The notes under the pieces are model-generated. The model worked only from the letters and a program-made list of their open reading frames with translations, made no database searches and had not been told where the DNA came from. DNA of 64,000 bases from Nitrospirota bacterium (lineage in GTDB: Bacteria > Nitrospirota > Thermodesulfovibrionia > Thermodesulfovibrionales > Dissulfurispiraceae). A program made the translations under genes and the position numbers. Positions 1 through 10,964 of the stretch are shown piece by piece (position 1 is the stretch's first letter; every line of letters starts with the position of its first letter). Location of the stretch: the NCBI GenBank assembly GCA_963790025.1, contig CAWBMP010000005.1:128001-192000 (forward strand), written 5' to 3'.

Positions 1-524
1 ATTTGTGTTTGTGAAATTACATGTCCTTTCATGGCTTTTTCAAGATCAGGCTTCTTTGCGCCGGCAGGCAGGTTCAATGTAGTATCGAGGGCGTAAAGCT
101 TGAAAAAGTAACGATGGGTGCCGGATGGCGGACAGGGACCGCCATAGGATTGTTTCCTGAAGTCGTTCAGTCCGGTCTCTGCGCCTTTCGGTGTGTCGTT
201 TTCTTTTATCTCTTTAATGTTGGGGGCGATGTTCCAGACAACCCAATGGACCCATGTGCCCATCGGCGCGTCGGGATCATCGACAATCAAAGCCAGGGAT
301 TTGGTCCCCGGCGGGACATTCCCTATGACCAACTGTGGATTTATATCGCTTCCGTCACAGGTATATTTTGATGGGATAGACCCGTTATTCTGAAAGACGG
401 CACTCGACAGTTTAAATTCGCTCATCGTCGCTCCCTCCTTGCTCAAAGTGATCGATACGAAAAAAATCACAACAGCAATTGCGAACCAAACGGGTGTTAG
501 AATTATTTTCGTTTTTTTTATCAC
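1..524 (-). CDS. YbhB/YbcL (PEBP, Raf-kinase-inhibitor-like) protein; 3' end runs off the window
   Basis: Not in the ORF track. Manual translation: GTG 524 (hydrophobic leader) in frame with ATG 425, MSEFKLSS...KYTCDG...SLALIVDDPDAPMGTWVHWVVWNI...YGGPCPPSGTHRYFFKLYALD, which carries the PEBP DPDAP and GPCPP motifs. Confidence 0.9.
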   Translation of the reverse strand, partial: MIKKTKIILTPVWFAIAVVIFFVSITLSKEGATMSEFKLSSAVFQNNGSIPSKYTCDGSDINPQLVIGNVPPGTKSLALIVDDPDAPMGTWVHWVVWNIAPNIKEIKENDTPKGAETGLNDFRKQSYGGPCPPSGTHRYFFKLYALDTTLNLPAGAKKPDLEKAMKGHVISQTQ

Positions 525-610
525 ACCATTACCTCCAGCACAGCGCATCCTGCAACACCGATGGCTCTTTTTCCAGGGCGTTTGTTTTTATTAGAATAAT
601 AAATTAATCT

Positions 611-1816
611 TCATCTATTTGCAATCCCTTTGACGGGAACAATATCTCCGACTCCATAGTGGAAGGCAGAGGCAGCAATCAGCACCACAAGTGATGCAGC
701 GATAAAAGAGCCGGCAAAACCGAGATAGGCAGCTATAAATCCCGATATCAGAGGGCCGGTCGTATGCCCTGTATCCATAATCGAACCTAAAATTCCCATG
801 GCCAAGCCCCGGTTTTTATAAGTGCTCAAATCCGCAATGAAAGAAGACGTTGCGGAGGTGACGACCGAGAGGCTGAAGCCGAACAGTATGCTAAGTGCAA
901 GCATGCCGGTAAAGGACGCGGCGAAAGAAAAAGCAGCGATACACCCGGCGCCGATAATAGCGCCTGAAATTATTTGGGGCTTCCTGCCGTGTCTATCCGA
1001 AAACTTTCCCATCAACGGTTTTGTGAGCGCAAGTGTGATGATCTGGGAGGACAGAAATATACCGACATGATAGGCGCTCAGGCCTTTCTTGATGGCATAG
1101 AGCGGCAGAAAGGTCTCGAATGTTCCGTATGCAAAAAGAATGGCCGCCTCAACGAGAGCGGTCAGGATAATGGGTCTGCGCGACAGTACTGATCTGAAGG
1201 CACGAAATGATTCATGCCACTCTTTGCCGGTCCCGTGTTTTTTTTCCTGCACCGGAAGCTTAATGCCGGGGACGATAAGCAGCGATGCCATACCCGCCAG
1301 ACCGCAAACAAGGTAGACTGTCTTGTAACTTGTCTGGGGATTGTAAGCCATCAGTCCGATAATGCCGCCTCCTGAAAGAGGCGCTGCAAAGCGGCCCAAA
1401 AGCGTTGCCGAGGAAAACCATCCTATCTTTTCTCCCCGCCCGTGGTGAAAAAGATCGGAGACTGAGGCCATTGCGACGGGTACGAATATGGCTGTGGCCA
1501 GACCGTGATAAAATCTTACAAATGCCAGCTGCCATATGTTTGTTACGCATAAATAGAGAAATGGCGCCGTGGCAAATACGGCGGCTGAAGTAACCAGCAT
1601 TTGTTTTCTTCCCCACCGGTCGGATAGTATCCCCGCCGGTATACTTACTATGATCCCGGTAAGGGCCGACACTGCGGCAACCAAGCCCACACCTGAAGGA
1701 CCTGCGCCCAGGTAAGTGGAAAAAAGCGGCAACACGGGGCTTTTTGAAATGGTGGAGCTAAAAATTGCAAAAAAACCCGTGATGCAGATAAGTACGAATG
1801 GACCCGGTCTAAACAT
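611..1816 (-). CDS. MFS transporter
   Basis: About 12 hydrophobic segments; motif A twice (GILSDRWGRK, GKFSDRHGRK). ATG 1816 has AGGAGG upstream; ORF track starts at 1855. Confidence 0.9.
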   Translation of the reverse strand: MFRPGPFVLICITGFFAIFSSTISKSPVLPLFSTYLGAGPSGVGLVAAVSALTGIIVSIPAGILSDRWGRKQMLVTSAAVFATAPFLYLCVTNIWQLAFVRFYHGLATAIFVPVAMASVSDLFHHGRGEKIGWFSSATLLGRFAAPLSGGGIIGLMAYNPQTSYKTVYLVCGLAGMASLLIVPGIKLPVQEKKHGTGKEWHESFRAFRSVLSRRPIILTALVEAAILFAYGTFETFLPLYAIKKGLSAYHVGIFLSSQIITLALTKPLMGKFSDRHGRKPQIISGAIIGAGCIAAFSFAASFTGMLALSILFGFSLSVVTSATSSFIADLSTYKNRGLAMGILGSIMDTGHTTGPLISGFIAAYLGFAGSFIAASLVVLIAASAFHYGVGDIVPVKGIANR

Positions 1817-2008
1817 GCTGATGCTGACCTCCTGTCTGTTCCATGCGATGTTCATACATAATAGTGCAATCTATGGCTAAAATCCATTATCTCCGACAGC
1901 CCTTTCTGTTGTATAATAAACATTGAAGCGTAGACTAAAGTACGGTATATATATGCTTCCCTCAGAGCCTGCGACCTTTGGGGGAGCCGCATAAGCAGGA
2001 GGGTCAAG

Positions 2009-2854
2009 ATGAACGGGTTGAAAACAATGGTTTTGATGGTGACACTCACCTTGTTGCTTGTTGCTATCGGGGGGATGCTGGGCGGAAGGACTGGGATGAC
2101 CTTCGCGCTTATCATGGCCTTTGGTATGAATTTCATAAGTTACTGGTTCAGTGATAAGATTGTGCTGAGGATGTACCGTGCCAAAGAGGTTAGCGCTTCT
2201 GAAGCGCCTGAACTTTATGAGATAGTAAGAAGACTCGCCAACAGGGCGGAGCTTCCAATGCCCAAAGTATACATGATAGACGAGGACCAGCCAAATGCAT
2301 TTGCAACTGGACGGAACCCGGCCCATGGTGCGGTTGCGGTCACAAGAGGTATTATGCGGATTCTTTCTAAGGAAGAGCTTGAAGGTGTTCTGGCACATGA
2401 AATGTCTCATATAAAACACAGGGATATACTGGTAAGTACAGTTGCCGCTGCTATTGCCGGCGCTATCAGCTACCTTGCACAAATGGCGCAGTGGGCCATG
2501 ATCTTCGGCGGCGGGCGCGACGATGACGACAGGGGCAATCCGATTGCAGCCATAGTGATGATGATCGTCGGACCGATAGCTGCAATGCTGGTACAGATGG
2601 CGATATCCCGCTCCAGGGAATATGGGGCCGATGAAGGCGGGGCAAGGCTCACGGGAAACCCCCGGTATCTTGCCGGCGCGCTCAGGAAGCTTCAGGCCGC
2701 TTCACAACGGATACCCATGGATGCCAACCCTGCGACATCACACATGTTTATTGTTAACCCCCTTACGGGTGGGGGTCTCGTTAAGCTTTTCAGCACGCAT
2801 CCCCCGATAGAGGAAAGGATTGCGCGGCTTGAATCGATGTCGAAGGGAAGATAA
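2009..2854 (+). CDS. htpX: Zinc metalloprotease HtpX
   Basis: [16 protein letters not shown] (HExxH), [15 protein letters not shown]. Confidence 0.95.
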   Translation: MNGLKTMVLMVTLTLLLVAIGGMLGGRTGMTFALIMAFGMNFISYWFSDKIVLRMYRAKEVSASEAPELYEIVRRLANRAELPMPKVYMIDEDQPNAFATGRNPAHGAVAVTRGIMRILSKEELEGVLAHEMSHIKHRDILVSTVAAAIAGAISYLAQMAQWAMIFGGGRDDDDRGNPIAAIVMMIVGPIAAMLVQMAISRSREYGADEGGARLTGNPRYLAGALRKLQAASQRIPMDANPATSHMFIVNPLTGGGLVKLFSTHPPIEERIARLESMSKGR

Positions 2855-3351
2855 TGAAGCCTATGAAGAAACCATTAATTGGGATCCTGGTCGGAAGTGA
2901 AAGCGACCTTCCTGTTATGGAGCAGACAGCGAGGGTGCTGAAAGAGTTTGGCATCCCTTATGAAATGCGTATAAGTTCTGCTCACCGTCTGCCTGACCAG
3001 ACGGCTGATTATGCTAAGCGGGCCAGGGAACGCGGCATCGAAGTACTGATTGCCGGGGCCGGAATGGCAGCGCATCTTGCAGGAGCGCTGGCGTCCAATA
3101 CCACACTGCCGGTGATCGGCGTTCCTCTGGCGTCAGGTCCGATGGGCGGCCTGGATGCCCTGTGTGCCACGGTACAGATGCCTCCCGGGATTCCTGTGGC
3201 AACTGTAGCGATAGACGGCGCAAGGAATGCTGCATTCCTTGCGTGCTCGATACTCTCAGTTAAATATCCCGACCTGTCCGAGAAACTGGAACAATACCGC
3301 AAAAAGACAAGAAAGAGTCTCCTAAGCGCAGGCAAAAGACTCAAAGGCTGA
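2854..3351 (+). CDS. purE: N5-carboxyaminoimidazole ribonucleotide mutase
   Basis: [30 protein letters not shown]. Confidence 0.95.
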   Translation: MKPMKKPLIGILVGSESDLPVMEQTARVLKEFGIPYEMRISSAHRLPDQTADYAKRARERGIEVLIAGAGMAAHLAGALASNTTLPVIGVPLASGPMGGLDALCATVQMPPGIPVATVAIDGARNAAFLACSILSVKYPDLSEKLEQYRKKTRKSLLSAGKRLKG

Positions 3352-3378
3352 GCCTTGGCCTATCGCCTTTAGCCCGTG
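3352..3378. repeat. Short heptamer-period repeat (GCCTATC/GCCTTTA)
   Basis: GCC recurs at 3352, 3358, 3365 and 3372 right after the purE stop; same unit family as 19423 and 47156. Confidence 0.4.
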
Positions 3379-3400
3379 CTTATTTTTTTTGGAGGAAGAT

Positions 3401-4279
3401 ATGGCAGAAGTTATTATGAAAACAGATTTCAATGATGTTAAACTGCTCCGGCGCGGCAAGGTGCGCGATGTGTACGAGATAGATGCTTATCTTTTGATTA
3501 TAGCCACGGACCGGGTTTCGGCATTTGATGTGGTATTGCCCAACGGCATATCGGAAAAAGGCAAGTTGCTTACCAGGATATCTCTTTACTGGTTCAAACA
3601 GATGTCGGACCTCATCGAAAACCATATCGTTGCAACTGAAGTGAGTGATTATCCCAGCGTACTCCATAAATACGCTGATGTTCTTGAGGGCAGAAGCATG
3701 CTGGTGAGGAAGGCACAGCCGGTACCCATCGAATGCATTGTGAGGGGGTATCTTTCGGGTTCGGGATGGGGTGAATACAAGGAGAGCGGTATGGTATGCG
3801 GCATCGGGTTGCCGTCAGGCCTTCTGGAGTCAGCGCGGCTCGATGATCCCATATTTACGCCGAGCACTAAAGCTGAAGAGGGGCACGACATTAATATAAG
3901 CTTTGATGAAATGAAGAGGATAGTGGACGGGCCCCTTGCTGAACAGCTCAGGCAAGCCAGCCTCGCCGTATACGGCAGGGCAAGGGAACTGGCCGAGAGC
4001 AGGGGCATAATCATAGCCGACACCAAAATGGAATTCGGAATTTGCGCCGGCAAACTGATTCTTATAGATGAGTTGCTTACCCCTGATTCGTCCCGCTTCT
4101 GGTCAGCGAAGGAATACAAGCCGGGCAGGGGGCAGGACAGTTTCGATAAGCAGATAGTGAGGGATTATCTTCTCACGCTGGACTGGAACAAGACATATCC
4201 TGGACCCACACTCCCGGATGATATAATCCGGAAAACAGCAGACCGGTACAGGGAAATCACGGAAATACTGACGAAATAA
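3401..4279 (+). CDS. purC: SAICAR synthetase
   Basis: GKVRDVY, DRVSAFD, ECIVRGY, DTKMEFG, DELLTPDSSRFW, DKQIVRD; GGAGG precedes ATG 3401. Confidence 0.95.
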   Translation: MAEVIMKTDFNDVKLLRRGKVRDVYEIDAYLLIIATDRVSAFDVVLPNGISEKGKLLTRISLYWFKQMSDLIENHIVATEVSDYPSVLHKYADVLEGRSMLVRKAQPVPIECIVRGYLSGSGWGEYKESGMVCGIGLPSGLLESARLDDPIFTPSTKAEEGHDINISFDEMKRIVDGPLAEQLRQASLAVYGRARELAESRGIIIADTKMEFGICAGKLILIDELLTPDSSRFWSAKEYKPGRGQDSFDKQIVRDYLLTLDWNKTYPGPTLPDDIIRKTADRYREITEILTK

Positions 4280-4369
4280 GAGTTGTCAATATCTTCTGCC
4301 CTTTTTCATATTTTCCGGTTATTCAGCAGATTTACGTCAAAAATTAGTCATAGTGGTTTTGGTATAATT

Positions 4370-5134
4370 ATGGATAATCTTCAAAAATTATTGGATATAA
4401 TGGAAAGGCTTCGCGCTAAGAACGGCTGCCCATGGGATAGGGAACAGACGAAGGAGTCTCTTACACCATATCTTGTGGAAGAGGCCTACGAGGTCATTGA
4501 GGCAATTGCGGAAAATTCTCCTGAGAAAATAAAAGAGGAACTCGGCGATCTTCTTTTTCAAATTGTTTTCCACTGCCAGCTGGCGAAAGAGCAGGGTGAA
4601 TTCAGCATTGAAGACGTGATTGATGCGATTAGTGAAAAATTAACGAGAAGACACCCGCACGTTTTCGGCGATGCCAGGTTTGAGACGTCGGAACAGGTGC
4701 TGAAGCAGTGGGAGGACCGGAAGAAAGAGGAGGGCAAGAACAGGGAATCAATTCTCGAAGGCGTCCCGAAAGAACTCCCCTCTCTTCTCAGGGCGCACAG
4801 GATACAGTCGAGGGCGGCCCGTGTTGGATTTGACTGGAACAGCGTCGAGGGTGTCATGGATAAACTGGACGAAGAACTGTCCGAATTCAGAGATGCCCTT
4901 GAGAAGAAAGACCCGGCAGCGATTGAAGACGAACTTGGTGATGTTTTCTTCGTTCTTGTAAACCTTTCCCGTTTTGTTCGCGTCAATCCCGAAGATGCCC
5001 TGAGGAAGACGATCATGAAATTCATAACCCGTTTTCGCTTTATGGAAATGAAGGCCGCTGGGACCCACCGGAAGCTTGCGGACATGACACCGGAAGAACT
5101 GGATGAACTGTGGGAAGAAGCAAAGAAAGGGTAG
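4370..5134 (+). CDS. mazG: Nucleoside triphosphate pyrophosphohydrolase MazG
   Basis: [15 protein letters not shown], two ELGD motifs, [12 protein letters not shown]. Confidence 0.93.
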   Translation: MDNLQKLLDIMERLRAKNGCPWDREQTKESLTPYLVEEAYEVIEAIAENSPEKIKEELGDLLFQIVFHCQLAKEQGEFSIEDVIDAISEKLTRRHPHVFGDARFETSEQVLKQWEDRKKEEGKNRESILEGVPKELPSLLRAHRIQSRAARVGFDWNSVEGVMDKLDEELSEFRDALEKKDPAAIEDELGDVFFVLVNLSRFVRVNPEDALRKTIMKFITRFRFMEMKAAGTHRKLADMTPEELDELWEEAKKG

Positions 5135-5160
5135 ACATTTTGGATGCAATATGGTATAAA
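5132..5160 (+). promoter_or_regulatory. sigma70-type promoter of the cold-shock gene
   Basis: TAGACA-17 nt-TATAAA with an extended -10 TG. Confidence 0.5.
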
Positions 5161-5232
5161 TTTCGTATTGCGACGGATTGTGTCGTAATTGAGCAATTCC
5201 CGGAAACAGGAAAAAAGGAGGATTTGGCAGTC

Positions 5233-5436
5233 ATGGCTTTTGAAGGTAAGGTTAAGTGGTTCAATGAGTCAAAGGGTTTTGGTTTTATCCAACAGGATAA
5301 CGGTTCGGATGTCTTTGTTCACTTTTCTTCTATTAAGAGCGAGGGATTCAAGACATTGGCCGAAGGTCAAAGAGTGCAGTTTGATATTGAAGAGGGAGAT
5401 CGCGGACCAAAGGCCGTAAACGTTATAAAAATCTGA
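5233..5436 (+). CDS. Cold-shock protein (CspA family)
   Basis: [19 protein letters not shown]...DVFVHFS; start trimmed from the ORF track. Confidence 0.95.
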   Translation: MAFEGKVKWFNESKGFGFIQQDNGSDVFVHFSSIKSEGFKTLAEGQRVQFDIEEGDRGPKAVNVIKI

Positions 5437-5544
5437 CACATCGAGGGCCTGACAAAGGCTATTTTTATTTTTCTTCAAATTGCCCATCCTTGCTGTAAAG
5501 CAACCGGTTGTGCCATATAAGGCTTGTTGTGTAAAGAGTAAACT

Positions 5545-6399
5545 ATGCGCTTACCCGACTGGATTAAAACAACTGCGGCTGATTTACATTATACAAAGGA
5601 CCTTTTGAGGAGCCACCGTCTCACGACTGTTTGTGAAGAGGCCCGGTGTCCAAATAAAGGGGTCTGTTTTTCAAAACCGACAGCCGCCTTTATGATAATG
5701 GGTGACTGCTGTACTAGAAATTGCGCTTTCTGTTCTGTCAAGCCTGGCGTCCCCGAAGAACTCGATGCTGCTGAACCGGAAAGGGTTGCAGAAGCTGCGC
5801 TTGAATTTGGCTTGCGCTATGTGGTTGTTACTTCGGTGACAAGGGATGACCTGCAGGACGGGGGGGCCTCGCATTTTGCGGCAACGATCACGGCGTTAAA
5901 AAACGCTCTGCCGGATGCAAAGATAGAGGTACTGACCCCCGACTTCCGTGGGGACGCGGCTGCTCTGGAAACAGTATTGGATGCATGCCCGGACGTATTC
6001 AACCATAATATTGAAACGGTTAAAAGACTCTATTCCACTGTCCGGCCCCAGGCTGATTACCGGCGCTCACTCGAGGTACATAGAATTGCCAGGGCCATGA
6101 GGGCCGATATAAAGACAAAATCCGGCCTGATGGTAGGGCTCGGTGAAACGGTCGATGAGGTGAAGGAAGTGATCAGAGATATCAGGACATCCGGTTGCGA
6201 CTTTTTGACGGTGGGCCAATATCTAAGGCCTGCAAAAAAAAATCTTCCTGTTGTAGAATACATACATCCTGAAGTTTTTGATGAGCTGAAAGCATATGCT
6301 CTTGGCCTTGGTTTTGAATTTGTCGCTTCCGGTCCGCTTGTGCGGAGCTCGATGAATGCGGAGGAAATGTTTACAGGCGCCGGGCGCCTGACGAAATAA
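5545..6399 (+). CDS. lipA: Lipoyl synthase
   Basis: [35 protein letters not shown]. Confidence 0.95.
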   Translation: MRLPDWIKTTAADLHYTKDLLRSHRLTTVCEEARCPNKGVCFSKPTAAFMIMGDCCTRNCAFCSVKPGVPEELDAAEPERVAEAALEFGLRYVVVTSVTRDDLQDGGASHFAATITALKNALPDAKIEVLTPDFRGDAAALETVLDACPDVFNHNIETVKRLYSTVRPQADYRRSLEVHRIARAMRADIKTKSGLMVGLGETVDEVKEVIRDIRTSGCDFLTVGQYLRPAKKNLPVVEYIHPEVFDELKAYALGLGFEFVASGPLVRSSMNAEEMFTGAGRLTK

Positions 6400-6410
6400 G
6401 GAGGTTTTTA

Positions 6411-7589
6411 GTGTTTGAGTTTAACAGGATCAAGAGACTGCCGCCCTATGTGTTTGCAATAGTAAACGCATTAAAAATGGATTATAGGAGAAAGGGTGAA
6501 GATATTATCGATCTTGGCATGGGCAACCCTGACCTGCCGACTCCGAAACATATCGTTGAAAAGCTCTGTGAGGCCGCTCATAATCCCAAAAACCACCGCT
6601 ATTCCGCTTCAAAAGGAATAACACAGCTCAGAATGGCGATTTCCGAATGGTACAAAAGAAGGTTTGATGTCGACATCGATCCGGAATCCGAGGCGGTGGT
6701 CTCTATAGGCTCAAAGGAAGGGCTCTCACATTTGACGCTCGCCTCTATTCAACCGGGAGATGTGGTGATGACGCCGACCCCTGCCTATCCCATTCACCCC
6801 TACGGTATTGTTATTGCCGGCGGTGAAGTAACCGGTGTGCCCATAGGCCCCCATATAGATTTTTTTGACGAACTGGATAAGGCCCTTAAGAAGACATGGC
6901 CGCGACCAAAGATGCTCATTCTCAATTTCCCTCATAATCCCACTACTACTGTTGTCGAGGGGCTCGATTTTTTTACAAAGATTGTGGGCTTTGCCCGTGA
7001 GAACAACATTATGGTCATTCAGGATTTTGCCTATGCAGACCTTACCTTTGATGATTACAAGGCGCCGAGCATTCTCCAGGTCCCGGATGCCAAGGATGTG
7101 GCGGTTGAGTTCTTTTCCCTTACCAAGAGTTATTCAATGGCTGGATGGAGGGTCGGCTTTTGCGTCGGCAACAAGGAAATGGTCGGAGCGCTGATAAAAA
7201 TCAAGAGCTATCTCGATTACGGGATGTTTCAGCCCATTCAGATAGCAAGCATTGTAGCGCTTCGGGGGCCCCAGGACTGCGTTGAGGAGATGCGGAAGAC
7301 CTATCAGGCCCGCAGGAATGTCCTGATAAAGGGATTGAATAATGCGGGATGGAAAATCGACTCTCCGAAGGCAACCATGTTTGTATGGGCCGAGATCCCG
7401 GAGCAATTCAAAAAAATGGGATCGCTCGAATTCTGCAAATATCTCATAACGGAGGCCAAGGTTGCCGTGTCACCGGGTATCGGCTTCGGAGAGGGCGGCG
7501 ATGACTATGTCAGGTTTGCGCTCGTAGAGAACGAGCATAGAATACGGCAGGCCGTTGCCGGCATAAAAAAGGTGCTCGGCAGGGGATAA
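6411..7589 (+). CDS. Class I/II PLP aminotransferase (AlaC-like)
   Basis: [29 protein letters not shown]; directly upstream of hom. Confidence 0.88.
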   Translation: MFEFNRIKRLPPYVFAIVNALKMDYRRKGEDIIDLGMGNPDLPTPKHIVEKLCEAAHNPKNHRYSASKGITQLRMAISEWYKRRFDVDIDPESEAVVSIGSKEGLSHLTLASIQPGDVVMTPTPAYPIHPYGIVIAGGEVTGVPIGPHIDFFDELDKALKKTWPRPKMLILNFPHNPTTTVVEGLDFFTKIVGFARENNIMVIQDFAYADLTFDDYKAPSILQVPDAKDVAVEFFSLTKSYSMAGWRVGFCVGNKEMVGALIKIKSYLDYGMFQPIQIASIVALRGPQDCVEEMRKTYQARRNVLIKGLNNAGWKIDSPKATMFVWAEIPEQFKKMGSLEFCKYLITEAKVAVSPGIGFGEGGDDYVRFALVENEHRIRQAVAGIKKVLGRG

Positions 7590-7591
7590 GA

Positions 7592-8911
7592 ATGAAAAAG
7601 AATACTGTTTCGGTGGGTATCATAGGATTCGGAACTGTTGGTTCAGGTACAGTGCGTATCCTGCTCGAAAGCGCTCCTATTCTCAAAGAGAGGACAGGCT
7701 TTGATATCGATCTGAAGAGAATAGCGGACCTCGATGTCATCAGAGACAGGGGGATCAGCGTTCCTGCGGGTGTCCTGACTACAGATGCAGCAGCAGTAAT
7801 CAACGATCCCGAAATTGATATTGTCGTTGAGCTTATGGGAGGCATTCATCCTGCAAAGGAATTCATACTCCAGGCGATCAGGAATAAAAAGCATGTGGTC
7901 ACGGCCAATAAGGCGCTGCTTGCCACAGAGGGGAATGAACTGTTTGCCGAGGCTGAGCGCTGCGGTGTTGAAATAGGGTTCGAGGCATCTGCCGCCGGGG
8001 GCATCCCTATAATTAAAGTGCTAAGAGAGGGCCTGATAGCCAACAGGATTATCGCCGTATACGGCATTATCAACGGGACGTCGAATTATATCTTTACAAA
8101 GATGACCGAAGAGAAGGTCGAATTCTCTGTTGCTCTTAAAGAGGCGCAGCGGCTGGGGTATGCGGAAGCCGATCCAACGTTCGATATCGAGGGCATCGAT
8201 TCCGCCCATAAACTCACCATTCTTGCTTCGCTGGCCCATGGTATTCCTCTGTCGTATAACGAAGTCTATAAAGAGGGCATTACAAAAATAACGGCCCAGG
8301 ATATCGTTTTTGCCTCTGAACTCGGTTACAAGGTGAAGCTGCTGGCGATCACAAAGGCGACAGATGAGGGCATCGAGATGCGGGTGCATCCCACTATGGT
8401 GCCGAATGAATATTTGATCTCAAAGGTCGATGGTGTCTTCAATGCGGTGTATGTGCAGGGTGACGCGGTCGGCTCTACACTTTATTACGGCAGGGGCGCC
8501 GGAGACATGCCGACAGGAAGCGCCGTTGTTGCCGATATTATAGATATCGGACGAAATATAATGTGTGGCGGTGTCATGCGCATTCCGTGCATTCAGGCCA
8601 AAGGTGCGACAGGCACAGGGGCCAAAAAGATCAAAAGGATGGATGACATCGAGAGTATGTACTATTTCAGATTTTCCGCGCTGGATCAGCCGGGTGTCCT
8701 GTCGAAGATATCGGGCATTCTCGGCAAATATAATATCAGCATTGTCTCTGTCATCCAGAAAGGCAGGAGTGTTGTGGGCTCTGTTCCGCTTGTCGTGCTC
8801 GCGCACAGGTCCAGGGAAAAGGATGTCATTAGTGCGATAAGGGAGATCGATGACCTGCATGTTGTTTCGGAAAAAACGGTGTTCATCAGAGTCGAGGGCA
8901 GCGAAGAGTAG
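7592..8911 (+). CDS. hom: Homoserine dehydrogenase with C-terminal ACT domain
   Basis: GFGTVG, VVTANK, NGTSNY, GYAEADP, GAGDMPTGSAV. Confidence 0.95.
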   Translation: MKKNTVSVGIIGFGTVGSGTVRILLESAPILKERTGFDIDLKRIADLDVIRDRGISVPAGVLTTDAAAVINDPEIDIVVELMGGIHPAKEFILQAIRNKKHVVTANKALLATEGNELFAEAERCGVEIGFEASAAGGIPIIKVLREGLIANRIIAVYGIINGTSNYIFTKMTEEKVEFSVALKEAQRLGYAEADPTFDIEGIDSAHKLTILASLAHGIPLSYNEVYKEGITKITAQDIVFASELGYKVKLLAITKATDEGIEMRVHPTMVPNEYLISKVDGVFNAVYVQGDAVGSTLYYGRGAGDMPTGSAVVADIIDIGRNIMCGGVMRIPCIQAKGATGTGAKKIKRMDDIESMYYFRFSALDQPGVLSKISGILGKYNISIVSVIQKGRSVVGSVPLVVLAHRSREKDVISAIREIDDLHVVSEKTVFIRVEGSEE

Positions 8912-8933
8912 GGCAGCTTATATCGAGAACATC

Positions 8934-9095
8934 TCACCTTTCCAACCGGACTTTTATGCCATGCGGGTGAGTTGGGGATTTTGTCAGAATGTCTTTTACT
9001 ATCCCCTCGGTCAACTTACCGGTCCCCTGGTCTTTTTTTAAAACGATCGAAACCCTTAACCCCGATTTTATATCAGCACGATCTGTACCGCTCAT
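8934..9095 (-). CDS. YwbE family (DUF2196) protein, 53 aa, probably C-terminally truncated
   Basis: Below the ORF-track cutoff. Translation MSGTDRADIKSGLRVSIVLKKDQGTGKLTEGIVKDILTKSPTHPHGIKVRLER*; the usual G-x-VGRV tail is missing. Confidence 0.8.
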   Translation of the reverse strand: MSGTDRADIKSGLRVSIVLKKDQGTGKLTEGIVKDILTKSPTHPHGIKVRLER

Positions 9096-9097
9096 AT

Positions 9098-9313
9098 TCA
9101 GTTCTCCGGCGCCTTAAGCGTGTCTGTCGTTATCTCTGCACTGTAAGTGCGTTTGCAATGCGCACACTCAAGCAACAGCCTTATCCCATCGGCAATCTCT
9201 TTTATGCCTGCATTGTGCTGTTGTAATATATTCTCCAGGATCTTTCGGATGTCCTGCTCTTGCTCCGTTTTAAGTTGATTTTCCTCTCCGCACCAGCTGC
9301 AAGTCGTTTCCAA
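9098..9313 (-). CDS. Small putative zinc-binding protein
   Basis: CSWC...CAHC; GAGG upstream; abuts the YwbE gene. Confidence 0.55.
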   Translation of the reverse strand: METTCSWCGEENQLKTEQEQDIRKILENILQQHNAGIKEIADGIRLLLECAHCKRTYSAEITTDTLKAPEN

Positions 9314-9433
9314 TTATTACCGCCTCTATATTGTGAACCTATCATACTACTTCCGGCTAGTGTAGTAAAAATGGTGCTACATGTGCATTGGCGTCAATAG
9401 TGTATACTTTAGTGAGAGAATGCAGCAAAGGAG

Positions 9434-9814
9434 TTGAAATTGAATATACTTGTGAGAAACCTGCCGAGGGAACTAACTGAAAAGGATATCTTCAAGCTGT
9501 TCCAGCCGTTTGGAGAGATATTGTCAGTCAACCTCGTACTGGATGGGGCAACAGGCAGGTCAAAAGGCTTTGGCTTTGTCGAGATGCCCGAGTATTTCCA
9601 AGCCGTGGCGGCGATAAATGCCTTGAACGGCAGACTCATCGGCGGCGAAAAGATTCGTGTGAAGACTACAAATCAGCCCGATAGGTCAAGGCCGAAGCTC
9701 TTTGGGGATAAAGCGGAAAAGAGCGGTGGCAAAGAAATAAACAGCCGCAAAGGGAAAACGCACGGCGTACAATCTAAACAACCCTCCAGCCGTGGGCGTC
9801 GGGAAAAGCACTGA
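9434..9814 (+). CDS. RRM-domain RNA-binding protein with basic tail
   Basis: ILVRNL (RNP2) and TGRSKGFGFVEM (RNP1); AAGGAG before the TTG start. Confidence 0.9.
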   Translation: MKLNILVRNLPRELTEKDIFKLFQPFGEILSVNLVLDGATGRSKGFGFVEMPEYFQAVAAINALNGRLIGGEKIRVKTTNQPDRSRPKLFGDKAEKSGGKEINSRKGKTHGVQSKQPSSRGRREKH

Positions 9815-10431
9815 AACTGTCCACAATCGGTTTTACCATAAATTCGCGGTAACCAGGACCTTAGCTCGGTCCTTAAGCCCCATAGCATTTTTTTGCACTC
9901 AGAGCGGCGTGCATGCCGAGGGGATGTTGCTTCATTTTCGTCATAAGCCGTTCCACATTCTCGGGAGCATAGTTATAGAGTTCCTGCTTTTTACGTAATC
10001 AAGGAAAATGATGGAGAGAAGGTGTCCTGTTCGAATGTCGTTGCAAGGATCCCCCAGGAGATACTGGAAACAGAGGATGAAGTAGATAAGGAACGTGAAC
10101 ATTTTTGGGTGGATGGACTATACAGCCATCCAAGGTACCGAGTCCCACCAGTTCCGAAATCACTGGCACCGTTTGTATCCAAAAAAAACAAACAAGAAGA
10201 TTTAGATACTTATTTTTGAAACCTGCATTAGTTGCATTACGGTGAAACTGTTGAATTTTAGAAGTTCGAGGGAGAATATTAACAGCAGTACTGTTGCAAG
10301 ATAGGCAATTCGAGAAAAACAAATGTACAGGAAGAAAGTGAGATGCTATCGTCACGAGTCCGGGATCTCACTCTTTCTGGCAATCTTGCGTTAACATGTC
10401 TGAACAATATGTGATCGATTTCCTTCGCAAT

Positions 10432-10765
10432 CTACGTTTTTTTGCCCATCGAAAATGCTTTGCCGATATGTCTGCCAATACCATAATAGGCGCTTTGCCC
10501 GGTATCGAAAATAAACGGTCTGACCTTCAGGATGTCCAGCTTGCCATCTTCGCCAAGCACCGACTCTTCGGCCTTGATGTCTATGATCTCACCAATGAAT
10601 TGCGTGTGGAGACCTATTTCCAACGTATGGATAACCTTGCACTCTATCACAACAGGGAACTCTTTTATGTATGGAGCGTCAACCAACTCACTTCGAACAG
10701 GAGTCAGATTTGTCATAGCAAACTTGTCGATATTTCGGGGAGAAACCAAAATTTCTTGATCACAG
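10432..10765 (-). pseudogene. C-terminal half of a flavin reductase/flavoredoxin
   Basis: DKFAMTNLTPVRSELVDAPYIKEFPVVIECKV...GLHTQFIGEII...YYGIG...GKAFSMGK; the upstream part of the ORF does not resemble the family N-terminus. Confidence 0.7.
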
Positions 10766-10964
10766 GCTATTGATCCCACTTCTTTCTGGTAAGCAACACG
10801 TGCTACTAACCTGATTGCACTGATGGTTACGGTTGGAAAAAAATACTTTTGTGACACCTCAAGGTATCCAGTTGGTCGTTTCTTTTATCCAGCAATTCCC
10901 TGATATATAGCGCTCTCACTTGTGATCAGAGACTAACTTTGCGAGGTGATTTGATATTGAACGA

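Noticed and set aside
8911..8936. Selenocysteine read-through of the YwbE TGA
   Set aside because: Read-through does not restore the family tail and the position is not a cysteine site; a frameshift fits better.
9815..10430. Short ORFs 9792-9998, 10022-10219 and 9999-10355
   Set aside because: No clear RBS or recognisable motif; possibly decayed gene debris.
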